NCBI GenBank assembly: GCA_034666985.1
Contig: JAXDKS010000034.1
Coordinates: forward strand, 20,889-84,888
Direction: 5' to 3'
From: Acidobacteriota bacterium
Lineage (GTDB): Bacteria; Acidobacteriota; Thermoanaerobaculia; Multivoradales; UBA5704
Length of the DNA: 64,000 nt
In this document: positions 48,280 to 56,611 of the stretch, piece by piece
How positions within the stretch are numbered: the stretch's first letter is position 1
Layout: each line of letters begins with the position of its first letter
Made by a program: the position numbers and the translations under genes
The notes under the pieces: generated by a model
Told to the model about the DNA's origin: nothing
Seen by the model: the letters and a program-made list of their open reading frames with translations, nothing else
The model's database searches: none

Positions 48280-49707
48280 TCACTGCACATACCCCAGCGC
48301 CCGCAGCCGCTTCAACGCCTCGGGATCGAGCGGCACCCGCTCCCGGCGGGTGATCCCCAGTCTCTTCCGAGCCCGGTCGCCCTCCGCTTCGAACCGGTCG
48401 AGGAGCCGCCCGCCCTCGGCGGTCTTCTCGGGGGAGGAGGCGGAGAGGTCCGCCGTCTCCCCGGGATCTCGGACGAGGTCGTACAACTCCTGCCGGCCGC
48501 TGGTCATCCAGCGGATGAGCTTGAAGCCTCCGAAGAGGACGGCCACCCGCTCTTCGATCCGCTGCAGGCCCGTGCTCAGGAGCGGCTCGGCAGGGAGGGG
48601 TTCGCCCCGCAGGAGGGGAGTGAGGGAGCGGGCCACGGGGTAGACGGCGGGGAGAGGGCGGCCGGCGAGGTCCAGGATGGTGGCGGCAAGGCTCGCGGTC
48701 GAGACAGGGGTGTCCGCCGCTCCCCGCCGTGACTCTCTGGGGAGCTTCACCAGGAAGGGCACACGGAGGAGCTCCTCGAAGAGGGTGTGGCCGTGCCCCA
48801 CGCCGCCGTGCTCCCAGAGCTCCTCGCCGTGGTCCGAGAGGAGGATGACGAGCGTGTCCTCATAGAGGCCGGACCGCTTGAGGTCCGCCATCAGCGAGCC
48901 CACGGCGGCGTCCACCCAGCGGACCTCGGCCCCATAGAGCTGGCGGATCCACTCCCTCTCGGCCGAGGAAGGATCGCGCTGGTGCAGGCGGATCGCCAAG
49001 TGCTCCTCGGCCGTGAGGCGCGGTCCCATCCCCGGCGGGGGCGCCATTCCTTTCAGATAGGCGGCCGGAGGCTCGTAGGGAGTGTGGGGATCGTAGAAGT
49101 GGATCCAGAGGAAGAACGGCTCCTTGCCATGCGCTCGCAACCACTTCGACGCGACGCCGGCGAGCTGATCCGGATCGGCCGGCCTTTTCCCAGTCACCCC
49201 GGACGTTCCCGGGAAGGCGGTGTACTCCTGGAATCCCTGAGCGAGATGGACCTCCCGTCCCAGGAGAGGGCTCGAAACCAGGGCCGCCGTCCGATATCCC
49301 GCACGGCGCAAGGCCTCGGCGACCGTCGTCAGCCGATCCGGGACCCGACTCCCAAGCCCCGTAGCGAGGTGCACCTGGGGCGACACCCCCGTCATCACCG
49401 ACGCCAGAGCGGGCAGGGTCCACGGAGCGGGGGAGCGGGCCTGACGGAAGACCACCGAGTCGTCGGCCAGCGCGTCGATGGCGGGCGTTCCCGGCGTCTG
49501 CGCCCGGTAGCAGGACAAGGCGTCCGCCCGCAGGGTGTCGATCGTGATGAGGAGGATGCGGCGAGGCCTGGGAGCCGGCGGTCTCGACGCCCCCAGAAGG
49601 AGGATGAGGAGGGCCGAAACGGCGAGAAGGGGTAGGAACGAGCTACAAAGTTGGGTCATTCGGAGACCGAACACACGACCGAATCCGGTAATGGACTTCC
49701 CAGGCAT
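48280..49707 (-). CDS. Sulfatase (alkaline-phosphatase superfamily)
   Basis: LLITIDTLRADAL...(sulfatase CxPxR-region equivalents) ..LLSDHGEELWEHGGVGHG; N-terminal TM/signal. Confidence 0.75.
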   Translation of the reverse strand: MPGKSITGFGRVFGLRMTQLCSSFLPLLAVSALLILLLGASRPPAPRPRRILLITIDTLRADALSCYRAQTPGTPAIDALADDSVVFRQARSPAPWTLPALASVMTGVSPQVHLATGLGSRVPDRLTTVAEALRRAGYRTAALVSSPLLGREVHLAQGFQEYTAFPGTSGVTGKRPADPDQLAGVASKWLRAHGKEPFFLWIHFYDPHTPYEPPAAYLKGMAPPPGMGPRLTAEEHLAIRLHQRDPSSAEREWIRQLYGAEVRWVDAAVGSLMADLKRSGLYEDTLVILLSDHGEELWEHGGVGHGHTLFEELLRVPFLVKLPRESRRGAADTPVSTASLAATILDLAGRPLPAVYPVARSLTPLLRGEPLPAEPLLSTGLQRIEERVAVLFGGFKLIRWMTSGRQELYDLVRDPGETADLSASSPEKTAEGGRLLDRFEAEGDRARKRLGITRRERVPLDPEALKRLRALGYVQ

Positions 49708-49720
49708 CCCCTGAGGATAC

Positions 49721-49755
49721 GGTGAAAACGGGGGGCGTGCGTGGGCACGCCCCCC
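49721..49755 (-). terminator. Rho-independent terminator downstream of the small hypothetical gene
   Basis: GGGGGGCGTGC / GCACGCCCCCC stem, followed on the minus-strand transcript by GUUUUCACC. Confidence 0.55.
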
Positions 49756-49762
49756 AGAGAGA

Positions 49763-50170
49763 TCAGCGGACAGGATTGCCGGGGGCAGAGACTCCGGTCG
49801 TGGGAGGCGGGGTGGGCTTCTCCGTCGTGGGCGGCTGGGCGTCGGTCAGCCGGCGGCGGCTCCGGAACGGACGCAACCCGAATTCGACGAGCTTCTCCGC
49901 CCGATTCCCGTAGTGCTGCTTGACGCCGGCCCGCAGGAAAGTGGCGAGCTTCCTGCCCTCGTCCATCACATCCTGAAGCTGCTTCGAGACGTCCTGCTTG
50001 CTGGCCGTGAGAGTGGCCTGCTGGCTGGAGAGGTTCTCCGCCCTTCCGAGGATCTCCCCGAGCTGTGTCCGATGCGTCTCCAGATGGGGGAGATCACCGC
50101 TGTTCGTGACGATGGAAGTGCCGAGCTGCCGCCACCCGCTGAGGGTGACTCCATTCTGATCCCGTGCCAT
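49763..50170 (-). CDS. Hypothetical protein (135 aa); paralog of the ORF at 12239..12625
   Basis: Strong RBS GAAAGGAGAAGGAAC ATG; C-terminal KLVEFGLRPFRSRRR motif shared with the paralog. Confidence 0.5.
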   Translation of the reverse strand: MARDQNGVTLSGWRQLGTSIVTNSGDLPHLETHRTQLGEILGRAENLSSQQATLTASKQDVSKQLQDVMDEGRKLATFLRAGVKQHYGNRAEKLVEFGLRPFRSRRRLTDAQPPTTEKPTPPPTTGVSAPGNPVR

Positions 50171-50379
50171 GTTCCTTCTCCTTTCAAGAGTCCGGCACCG
50201 ATAGGATGCCGGAGAAGTGACGATCAACAGCTAAGGACACCTTCGAGAGACCGGATGAGAACATAGATGTCTGAACATGTCAACATGCTTCTGATATCTT
50301 CTACGTTCGGGACGGGAAAAGCGTTTGGCTACCCGGATTTTTGAGATGAGGAGAGCGTGGAGGATCGACTTGTGCGGAA

Positions 50380-50720
50380 ACAGCGTGCACCCGGGGGAGC
50401 ACGCCGTGCACCGTGGGGAAGCTGGCATGCACCGTGGGGAAGGCGGCATGGACCGTGGGGAAGCCGGCGTGGACTCCAGTGCATGCTTGAACAACCGAAG
50501 GGAAGCTGGGCATCCCTCTGGGGAACGCCTCATGCACGGCAGGGAGGCTGAGCTTCCCCCGGGTGCACGGCCCCTGCACTCTGGGGAAAGGAGCATGAAC
50601 CCTGGGGAAGTTGCCCTGCACTCCAGGGAAGTTGCTGTGGGATCTGGGGAGCGGTCACTTCCCCGTGGTGCGCCGCGACTTCCCCAGGGTCCTTGCGCGG
50701 TGCACTCTGGGGAATGACGC
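50380..50720. repeat. Tandem array of about fourteen 21-bp units
   Basis: Consensus TGCACYNTGGGGAAGNNGSCA, with a TGGGGAA core every 21 bp; degenerate at the 3' end. Both strands translate to heptad-repeat ORFs; coding status is unresolved. Confidence 0.8.
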
Positions 50721-50821
50721 GATCCCCGGGTGCCCTGACGTCTGCCCCCGAGGGATCGGCTTCTGCACGCTGGGGAGAGGCTCAGGATCCGCCGTGCAGC
50801 GGCCGATCCTGAGTGTCGATC

Positions 50822-51934
50822 CTAGGCCTTCCCTTCGAAGAGCGCCTCGGTCGGCAGCGTCTCCGGCCCCTTCTCCGTGCAGACCGCGTAGTGGCCGGCG
50901 TACATCGACACCCCCGCGTACTCTCCCCGCTTGTTCAGGACGTAGAAATTCAAATCGAAGGCCGGCCGGCCGCGGTCGTTGAGCAGCCGCTTCTCGACAG
51001 TATTGGCGACGACCCGCTTGAGCGCCTCCATGCCGGCGTCCTTCGGGTGAGCACCGCGGCGCATGGCCTCGACGATGAGGAAGGAGGAGAGATTGTAGAG
51101 ATTGGCCTCGCCCCGGCCCGTGGACCCGGCGGCCCCGACCTCCCCGTCCACGTACAGGCCGGCCCCGAGGATGGGGGAGTCGCCCACGCGGCCCGGGATT
51201 TTCCAGGACAGACCGCTGGTCGTCGTCACCCCGCAGATCTCGCCCTTGGCGTTGATGCCGTCGCAGTTGATCGTGCCCCACAGGTGCTCCGGACGGAGGA
51301 GCCCCTCGCGGGCCATCTGCAATGCCGCCTGGAAGCCCGCCTCACTGCGCTTCTGGGGATCGAGATAGTGGCCCGGATCGATCCGGCGCTTCCATTCGAG
51401 CCAGAGACGGCGGGACTTCTCGGTGTTGAGGTCGTCCTCGATCTTGAACCCCAGATGGCGGGCGAACTCCTGCGCCCCCTTGCCGACCAGCAGATGGTGG
51501 TCCGTCTGCTCCAGGACCGCCTTGGCCACGAGCGACGGAGTCCGCACCCCTTCGAGCGCCGCGACCGCGCCCGCCTGCCGCCGCGGTCCATGCATGCAGG
51601 ACGAGTCGAGCTGTACGACTCCCTCCGCATTCGGCAGGCCGCCATACCCGACGCTGTCCTCCTCGGGATCGAGCTCGAGGATGTTCACCCCCGCGACCAC
51701 GGCGTCCAGCACGTCGGACTCCTGCGTGATCATCCCGAACGCCTTCTGAACGCCCGTCACGTCGCCGCCGTTCTTGAACACGTTGCCGTTGGCCGAGGAG
51801 ATGACGACCGGCCTGGCGGCCTTCGGGGCGATCACGGCCGGAGCCTGGCCGAGCAGCCCCTTCGGAGCCGTTGCAGCTAGCCCGGCGGCGGCGCCGGCGA
51901 GGATGAAGTCACGACGGTTCAGCGGCTTGCTCAT
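50822..51934 (-). CDS. Tat-signal N4-(beta-N-acetylglucosaminyl)-L-asparaginase/isoaspartyl peptidase (Ntn-hydrolase asparaginase-2 family)
   Basis: RRDFILAGAAAGLA Tat motif; GVVQLDSSCMHG..; autoproteolytic GTINCDGI..TTTSGL. Confidence 0.8.
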   Translation of the reverse strand: MSKPLNRRDFILAGAAAGLAATAPKGLLGQAPAVIAPKAARPVVISSANGNVFKNGGDVTGVQKAFGMITQESDVLDAVVAGVNILELDPEEDSVGYGGLPNAEGVVQLDSSCMHGPRRQAGAVAALEGVRTPSLVAKAVLEQTDHHLLVGKGAQEFARHLGFKIEDDLNTEKSRRLWLEWKRRIDPGHYLDPQKRSEAGFQAALQMAREGLLRPEHLWGTINCDGINAKGEICGVTTTSGLSWKIPGRVGDSPILGAGLYVDGEVGAAGSTGRGEANLYNLSSFLIVEAMRRGAHPKDAGMEALKRVVANTVEKRLLNDRGRPAFDLNFYVLNKRGEYAGVSMYAGHYAVCTEKGPETLPTEALFEGKA

Positions 51935-52171
51935 CGTCTGGTCTCCCTGTGTCGGTTTGACTACTCGGGCATTCTAAGACGAAATACAGGCTCGCCGGGG
52001 ACCATTTCATCCTCTGGGGTGCCCCGGAGTCCAGTCGGAGCATGGACTCCGCCGCCCACTGACCCCAGGTCCTCAAGGAATTTACGGCGCACCGGGCAGG
52101 GACATCTAGCAGTAGGGGTGCTAAACTGAAGCCTTTAGACAGGTCTGAGTTGCGAAAGCGTCAAGTGCTCT

Positions 52172-53335
52172 ATGCTACCTTTGCCTGAGATCGGAAGGCG
52201 CATTAGAACCCTCCGTGAGGAGTTGGATATCCCGCGGGCCGACCTCGCTGCGGCGTGCGGCGTCGCGGAAGCCGTTATTGAGCAGCTTGAAGCCGGTCGG
52301 CTAGAGCAGGTGCCCGGGGACTACATACTCATCGTTGCCCGTCTCCTTAAGGTAGACTTCCGCTGGTTCATCTCCGAAGATCTCGATGGGATTGAACAGG
52401 GGACTAGGAGGATTTTTAGGGCTCTCTCTCAGGGTACTTCACGGGATCGTGTTGCTATAAGGCGCTTCGTTGGCTTCTGTTTAAACGAAAGCGAGCTTGA
52501 GAAGCTACTCGGTATCCACAGAATTTCTTTGCCTGTGGTTTATCCCGCGCCCGAATCGAGGCGACAGCTCTATAAGGAGCAGGGTCCGGCAGCCGCGCGG
52601 GCAGAGCGGGTTAGGCTGAATCTAGGCCTTAAGCCGATCTTTAATGTGTTCTCCATAATAAGATCCCAAGGATTGAGACTGAGCCGGCAGAAGCTCGACA
52701 GCAAGGAAATCTCTGGTTTAACTGTCTTTCATCCCCGCGCGGGAACGGCGATCCTTGTGAACTACGAAGAGGATATGTATCGGCAGTTCTTCTCTGCTGC
52801 CCACGAATACGCTCATGCTCTCTTTGATGGGCGAGAGTTGGAGGAAAAGAGAGTCCTAGTCTCCTACAAGAAGGTCTATGATTGGACCGAGATTCGCGCG
52901 AACACCTTTGCCGCTGAATTTCTGCTACCGCAAGAAGCGCTTGCCCAGTATGCGCGGCCTCGAGACCTTTCGTCGCTAACAGCCATCATTGACCAGATTG
53001 CCCGAGATTACCGCGTTAACACTGAGACTGTTGCTATTCGCGCCAAAGAGGTTGGCTGGATTTCTGATAAGACGCTGAGTTCGTTTAGAGAAAAGAAACC
53101 AATTGTGATTCCGAGGGCAGATAAGCAAGATCCTGAGCTATCAGATGATCTGACTTCCCTGCAGGTCGAACGCTGGAAAGCACTGATCGCACAGGGCGTC
53201 AGCGTTTATTATGCGGAGCTATGCCGCCGTGCTCTTACAAGTGACCTTATAACTTTCGGGAGATTTGCGGAATTGCTGGATCTCACTCCAGAAGAGGCTT
53301 CTGAATTCATCCAGATGGCAGGGCTGGCTTTATGA
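52172..53335 (+). CDS. XRE-type HTH regulator fused to an ImmA/IrrE-family (DUF955) metallopeptidase domain
   Basis: N-terminal HTH (IGRRIRTLREELDIPRADLAAACGVAEAVIEQLEAGR). HEXXH in AAHEYAHALF. GC about 50%. Confidence 0.75.
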   Translation: MLPLPEIGRRIRTLREELDIPRADLAAACGVAEAVIEQLEAGRLEQVPGDYILIVARLLKVDFRWFISEDLDGIEQGTRRIFRALSQGTSRDRVAIRRFVGFCLNESELEKLLGIHRISLPVVYPAPESRRQLYKEQGPAAARAERVRLNLGLKPIFNVFSIIRSQGLRLSRQKLDSKEISGLTVFHPRAGTAILVNYEEDMYRQFFSAAHEYAHALFDGRELEEKRVLVSYKKVYDWTEIRANTFAAEFLLPQEALAQYARPRDLSSLTAIIDQIARDYRVNTETVAIRAKEVGWISDKTLSSFREKKPIVIPRADKQDPELSDDLTSLQVERWKALIAQGVSVYYAELCRRALTSDLITFGRFAELLDLTPEEASEFIQMAGLAL

Positions 53336-53871
53336 GAGTGATCGGTGCTGTCAGCGGTTGGATGCTGGACAGCTCGACTTTCATAAACGCTCTCGTCGTG
53401 AAGAAGGTGTGGATATTGTCGGCAATTCGAACGCCGCTGTTCCTTCCGGAGTACGTATTCCGAATCGAGCTCGGCACAGGGGCGCGGCGAGAGACTCGCC
53501 ACGAGGCTCAGGCCTTGGTTTCACGAGGCCAAGCCTGCATCGAACATCTTACACTCGGGGATCTCGATCGGATTGCCGAACTATGCGCGCCGAAGCGTAT
53601 AGGCATTGGTGAGATTTGCTGCGCGGTCATCGCTGAACGATCTGATCGCGGCGTGCTTTGCGACGATTACAAGGCGCATCGGTGGCTTTGTGAGCGTGTC
53701 GGAGTGGCGGAGTGGGAGTCGATCGAGGAAATCCTAGTGGCTGGGGGAATCGCGAACTACCTTAGCGAATATGACGTCGAAGATTGCCAAGGGCTTCTTA
53801 CGAAGAATAGATACAGATGCAAGTATGATCTTCGCCTAGAGCTCTTACGGTGTCGAAATTCACCTGAGTAA
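53332..53871 (+). CDS. DUF4411-like PIN-fold protein, translationally coupled to the ImmA/IrrE gene
   Basis: ATGA overlap; N-terminal MLDSSTFINAL and later acidic clusters (..IGIGEICCAVIAERSDRGVLCDDYKA) are consistent with the PIN-like DUF4411 that typically follows DUF955 genes. Confidence 0.5.
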   Translation: MRVIGAVSGWMLDSSTFINALVVKKVWILSAIRTPLFLPEYVFRIELGTGARRETRHEAQALVSRGQACIEHLTLGDLDRIAELCAPKRIGIGEICCAVIAERSDRGVLCDDYKAHRWLCERVGVAEWESIEEILVAGGIANYLSEYDVEDCQGLLTKNRYRCKYDLRLELLRCRNSPE

Positions 53872-53877
53872 CGTGGC

Positions 53878-54225
53878 TCAGAGAGGAAGAAACTCCACCC
53901 GATCCGAGAAGTCGGCCGGATCTGCTACTTGGGCGATCAACTCCAGATCACGGACACAGTCCCCGATCGTGACATGGAGTTGATGAGCGAAGATGACTCC
54001 GGGAAAGGAGCGGCCTTCGGTCTGTCGTTTTCTGGCTTCGGCCAGCAGGTCCTCGTCCTGCGAGAAGAGCACCCTTCCAAGTGCGGCAGCCCGGTCCAGC
54101 ACTGCGGGATCGTCTATTCCGGACCGACCATCCTCCTGGACGGCAAGGACATCGATTCCTCGGAGACGCAGTCCACTGGTGATGGCCCGATGGACGTTTT
54201 CGTCCATGTAGAGGATGAGTCCCAA
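53878..54225 (-). CDS. DUF5615-family PIN-like toxin
   Basis: ILYMDENVHRAITSGLRLRGIDVLAVQEDG..DDPAVLDRAAALGRVLFSQDEDL. Confidence 0.7.
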   Translation of the reverse strand: MGLILYMDENVHRAITSGLRLRGIDVLAVQEDGRSGIDDPAVLDRAAALGRVLFSQDEDLLAEARKRQTEGRSFPGVIFAHQLHVTIGDCVRDLELIAQVADPADFSDRVEFLPL

Positions 54226-54228
54226 GTC

Positions 54229-54555
54229 TCAGTCCGCTCGATTTTGACTGCGGACCTTGGCGGCCAAGAGGGAAGGCCCGGCCTCGCGCCGGGCGGCTTC
54301 GGCGTACTGGGACCTGCGGTCGATGTCCGCGTCAAGCTCCTCTTGGTGATCCCAGTAGTAGGCCAGCGCGGAGTGGATCTGCCCCAAGCTCAGATCGGGG
54401 TGCTGGAAGTGGATCTCCTCCGGGCTCCAGCCGTGGGCTCTTTGTCCCATGACGAGCTCGACGACCTTCATCGTGGTTCCGGAAATGATGGGGTTCCCTC
54501 TGTCATCGTGTTCCACGTGAGGGTAGGTGGCGGGGGCTCTGAGTGGTGCGCTCAT
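54229..54555 (-). CDS. DUF433-family antitoxin partner of DUF5615
   Basis: ..GNPIISGTTMKVVELVMGQRAHGWSPEEIHFQHPDLSLGQIHSALAYYWDH. Confidence 0.7.
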   Translation of the reverse strand: MSAPLRAPATYPHVEHDDRGNPIISGTTMKVVELVMGQRAHGWSPEEIHFQHPDLSLGQIHSALAYYWDHQEELDADIDRRSQYAEAARREAGPSLLAAKVRSQNRAD

Positions 54556-54587
54556 GCTTGGTCTCCTAAGTGAAGTCTAACCCAAAA

Positions 54588-54684
54588 TCTGCACCCGGCC
54601 GTAGAGATCGCGCAGCAGTCCGAGCCGCCCGACTTGATGGAGATAGAGAAGTGGCGAGGTGTTGCAGACGACCAGCCGGTCAGG
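54588..54684 (-). pseudogene. Truncated DUF3368 PIN-like toxin remnant (36 codons) downstream of a UPF0175 antitoxin
   Basis: MPDRLVVCNTSPLLYLHQVGRLGLLRDLYGRVQILG-stop matches only the N-terminal beta1-alpha1 of DUF3368 (compare IVVNTGPLVSFARIGCLDV at 16483). Its ATG overlaps the antitoxin stop. Confidence 0.45.
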
Positions 54685-54931
54685 CATTGAGGATGTCTTG
54701 GCGCAGCTCCTCCTCCGTTATCTGGAAGGGGGAAACCTGGAAGCGCCGCAGCCCCAGCAGGAACTCGACCCGCGCCATCCCGGCCAGTCTCGCAGCTCCT
54801 CCCGAGGACAGCTTCCCGAGCTCGAACAGCTTCACGGCAGCCAACAGCTTGAGATCCCGAGCGAAGGACTCGGCGTCGGTCTTGAGGCTGATCAGCGTCT
54901 CCTCGGGGATGTCCAACTGCACTGCGCTCAT
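54680..54931 (-). CDS. UPF0175-family antitoxin (orphaned by toxin truncation)
   Basis: Start MSAVQL after GGAGAG; LKLLAAVKLFELGKLSSGGAARLAGMARVEFLLGL. Confidence 0.65.
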   Translation of the reverse strand: MSAVQLDIPEETLISLKTDAESFARDLKLLAAVKLFELGKLSSGGAARLAGMARVEFLLGLRRFQVSPFQITEEELRQDILNA

Positions 54932-55161
54932 CGTGCTCTCCTCGTCCAGAAGTTTAGCCCAAAATCCTTCGGTGTAGTCCGTTTCAATCTCCGGAGACCT
55001 GTCCACCTCCCTCGTCCACTGGAGATGAGATGCCAGAGACCTCCGGGCTGGGCGGGCCGTGGAGCAAGGATGAAATCGGGACGGTTCGGCGGGTTGCTCA
55101 TCGTCTGGCCTGCTGGAGTAGGTACTGATGGCCCGGGGATTGTAGCCCGGACGGGGAGACG

Positions 55162-56295
55162 TCAGCCCTCGCTCTGGAGGAACGAGGACGCCTTGTTCTC
55201 AAGCAGAAGCCGCTGCTCGCGATCCAGCTCGGTCCGCAGCTCTTCCTCAGACGGCAGCACCAGCCGGTATTTGCTGGCAAAAAGTCGCTCGCTGCCGTGC
55301 AGGATGGAGTACCGCACCACGGAAGCGTCCCTCTGGGCACAGAGGATGATGCCGACGGTTGGATTGTCTCCCGGGCCGCGCCGCTGCTCGTCGTACATGC
55401 GGATGTACATGTCCATCTGACCGATGTCCTGATGGGTCAGCTCGCCTGCCTTGAGCTCGAAGAGCACGAAGCACTTGAGGAGATAGTTGTAGAAGACGAG
55501 GTCCAGATAGAAGTCCTTCGACTCCGTGCTGACGCGCTGCTGCCGGGCGACGAAGGCAAAGCCCTTGCCGAGCTCCAGCAGGAAGGCCTGGAGCTTCTCG
55601 AGCAACGCCTCCTCCAGCGTGGACTCCAGCAGCTTGCCTGTATTCGGCAGCCCCAGGAACTCCAGCACCACGGGATCACGGACGAAATCGCGCGGGGATT
55701 GCACCAGCGCTTCCAGCCTCTGGACAGCCTCTTCACGCACGGACCGCCGCTCCTTGCTGGTGAGGAGGCGCTCGTAATACAACGTCCCAATCTGGCGTTC
55801 CAGAGCGCGAGAGCTCCAGTTTTGTCCGGCAGCTTCCCGCATATACCACTGTCTAACTTGAGGGTCCTCGACCCGCAGCAGAAGCCGGTAATGGGTCCAG
55901 CTCAATTCGGAACGCACTGCGTTCCAAATCGGGAAGCCCAGAAAGAAGGCTCGCATGTGGCGCAGGTTCCGTTCGTCAAACCCCCTGCCGAACTCCGCCG
56001 TCAGCCTCTCCGCCAAGCGGGACAGCAGCTTCGTGCCGTACTGGGCGCGGCTTGCTCCCCTCTGCTCGAACTCCACGATGTGCCGTCCCACCTCCCAGTG
56101 GGTCCGCACCTGAACCGCGTCCACCGCACGCAAGGCCTGCTGGCGGGCCTTATGAATCAGAGTCCGCAACTGCCCGAGCAGCCGGCCGAAGGCGGGTGGA
56201 GCTGCCAGCGTCAAGGTCGCTTTTCTGGCGCCCTTCTTCGTAACGAGCTTCTCACGCCGTTGCGGGAGAGGACGTTTCCTGGGGCTTGGTGGCAC
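55162..56295 (-). CDS. YhcG-family (DUF1016) PD-(D/E)XK nuclease
   Basis: N-terminal DUF1016 helical region (..HWEVGRHIVEFEQRGASRAQYGTKLLSRLAERL..FGRGFDERNLRHMRAFF); C-terminal PDDEXK (..FYLDLVFYNYLLKCFVLFELKAGELTHQDIGQMDMY). Confidence 0.75.
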   Translation of the reverse strand: MPPSPRKRPLPQRREKLVTKKGARKATLTLAAPPAFGRLLGQLRTLIHKARQQALRAVDAVQVRTHWEVGRHIVEFEQRGASRAQYGTKLLSRLAERLTAEFGRGFDERNLRHMRAFFLGFPIWNAVRSELSWTHYRLLLRVEDPQVRQWYMREAAGQNWSSRALERQIGTLYYERLLTSKERRSVREEAVQRLEALVQSPRDFVRDPVVLEFLGLPNTGKLLESTLEEALLEKLQAFLLELGKGFAFVARQQRVSTESKDFYLDLVFYNYLLKCFVLFELKAGELTHQDIGQMDMYIRMYDEQRRGPGDNPTVGIILCAQRDASVVRYSILHGSERLFASKYRLVLPSEEELRTELDREQRLLLENKASSFLQSEG

Positions 56296-56451
56296 ATGGA
56301 TAGAGTACGAGGGTATTTTTCTGACGTCAATAGCGCTGAGATCTGGGAGATTGGGATGGCTCGAAGTCGACGAGATCTGTGACGCACTGCGTCACAGATC
56401 GGGCATGCCTGTGGGGCCAGCTCAATTCGGAACGCACTGCGTTCCAAATCG
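55897..56451. repeat. Perfect 35-bp direct repeat (CCAGCTCAATTCGGAACGCACTGCGTTCCAAATCG) at 55897..55931 (inside the yhcG-like CDS) and 56417..56451 (upstream intergenic)
   Basis: An exact match by eye. Each copy contains the hairpin GGAACGCA-C-TGCGTTCC. The copies bracket the 5' 400 nt of the YhcG gene plus its promoter. Confidence 0.6.
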
Positions 56452-56611
56452 AAACCCCCTGAATCCCGGACACCTGTCCGGCCCTCCGCCCGGACACCTG
56501 TCAACCTGCCGTGTCCGCGGACAGCCGTCCGGACATCCTAAGTCTCTCATCTACAGCGATTTATCTTGCCGGGCACGCGTGGCACACCGGTTGCTCTCTA
56601 GGGCCGGCGCC

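Noticed and set aside
50325-50717. 130-aa ORF encoding H-x-G-E heptad repeats across the 21-bp array
   Set aside because: Not called as CDS. The conservation is at the DNA level (TGGGGAA core), both strands are equally open, and there is no RBS. Left as an open question in the findings.
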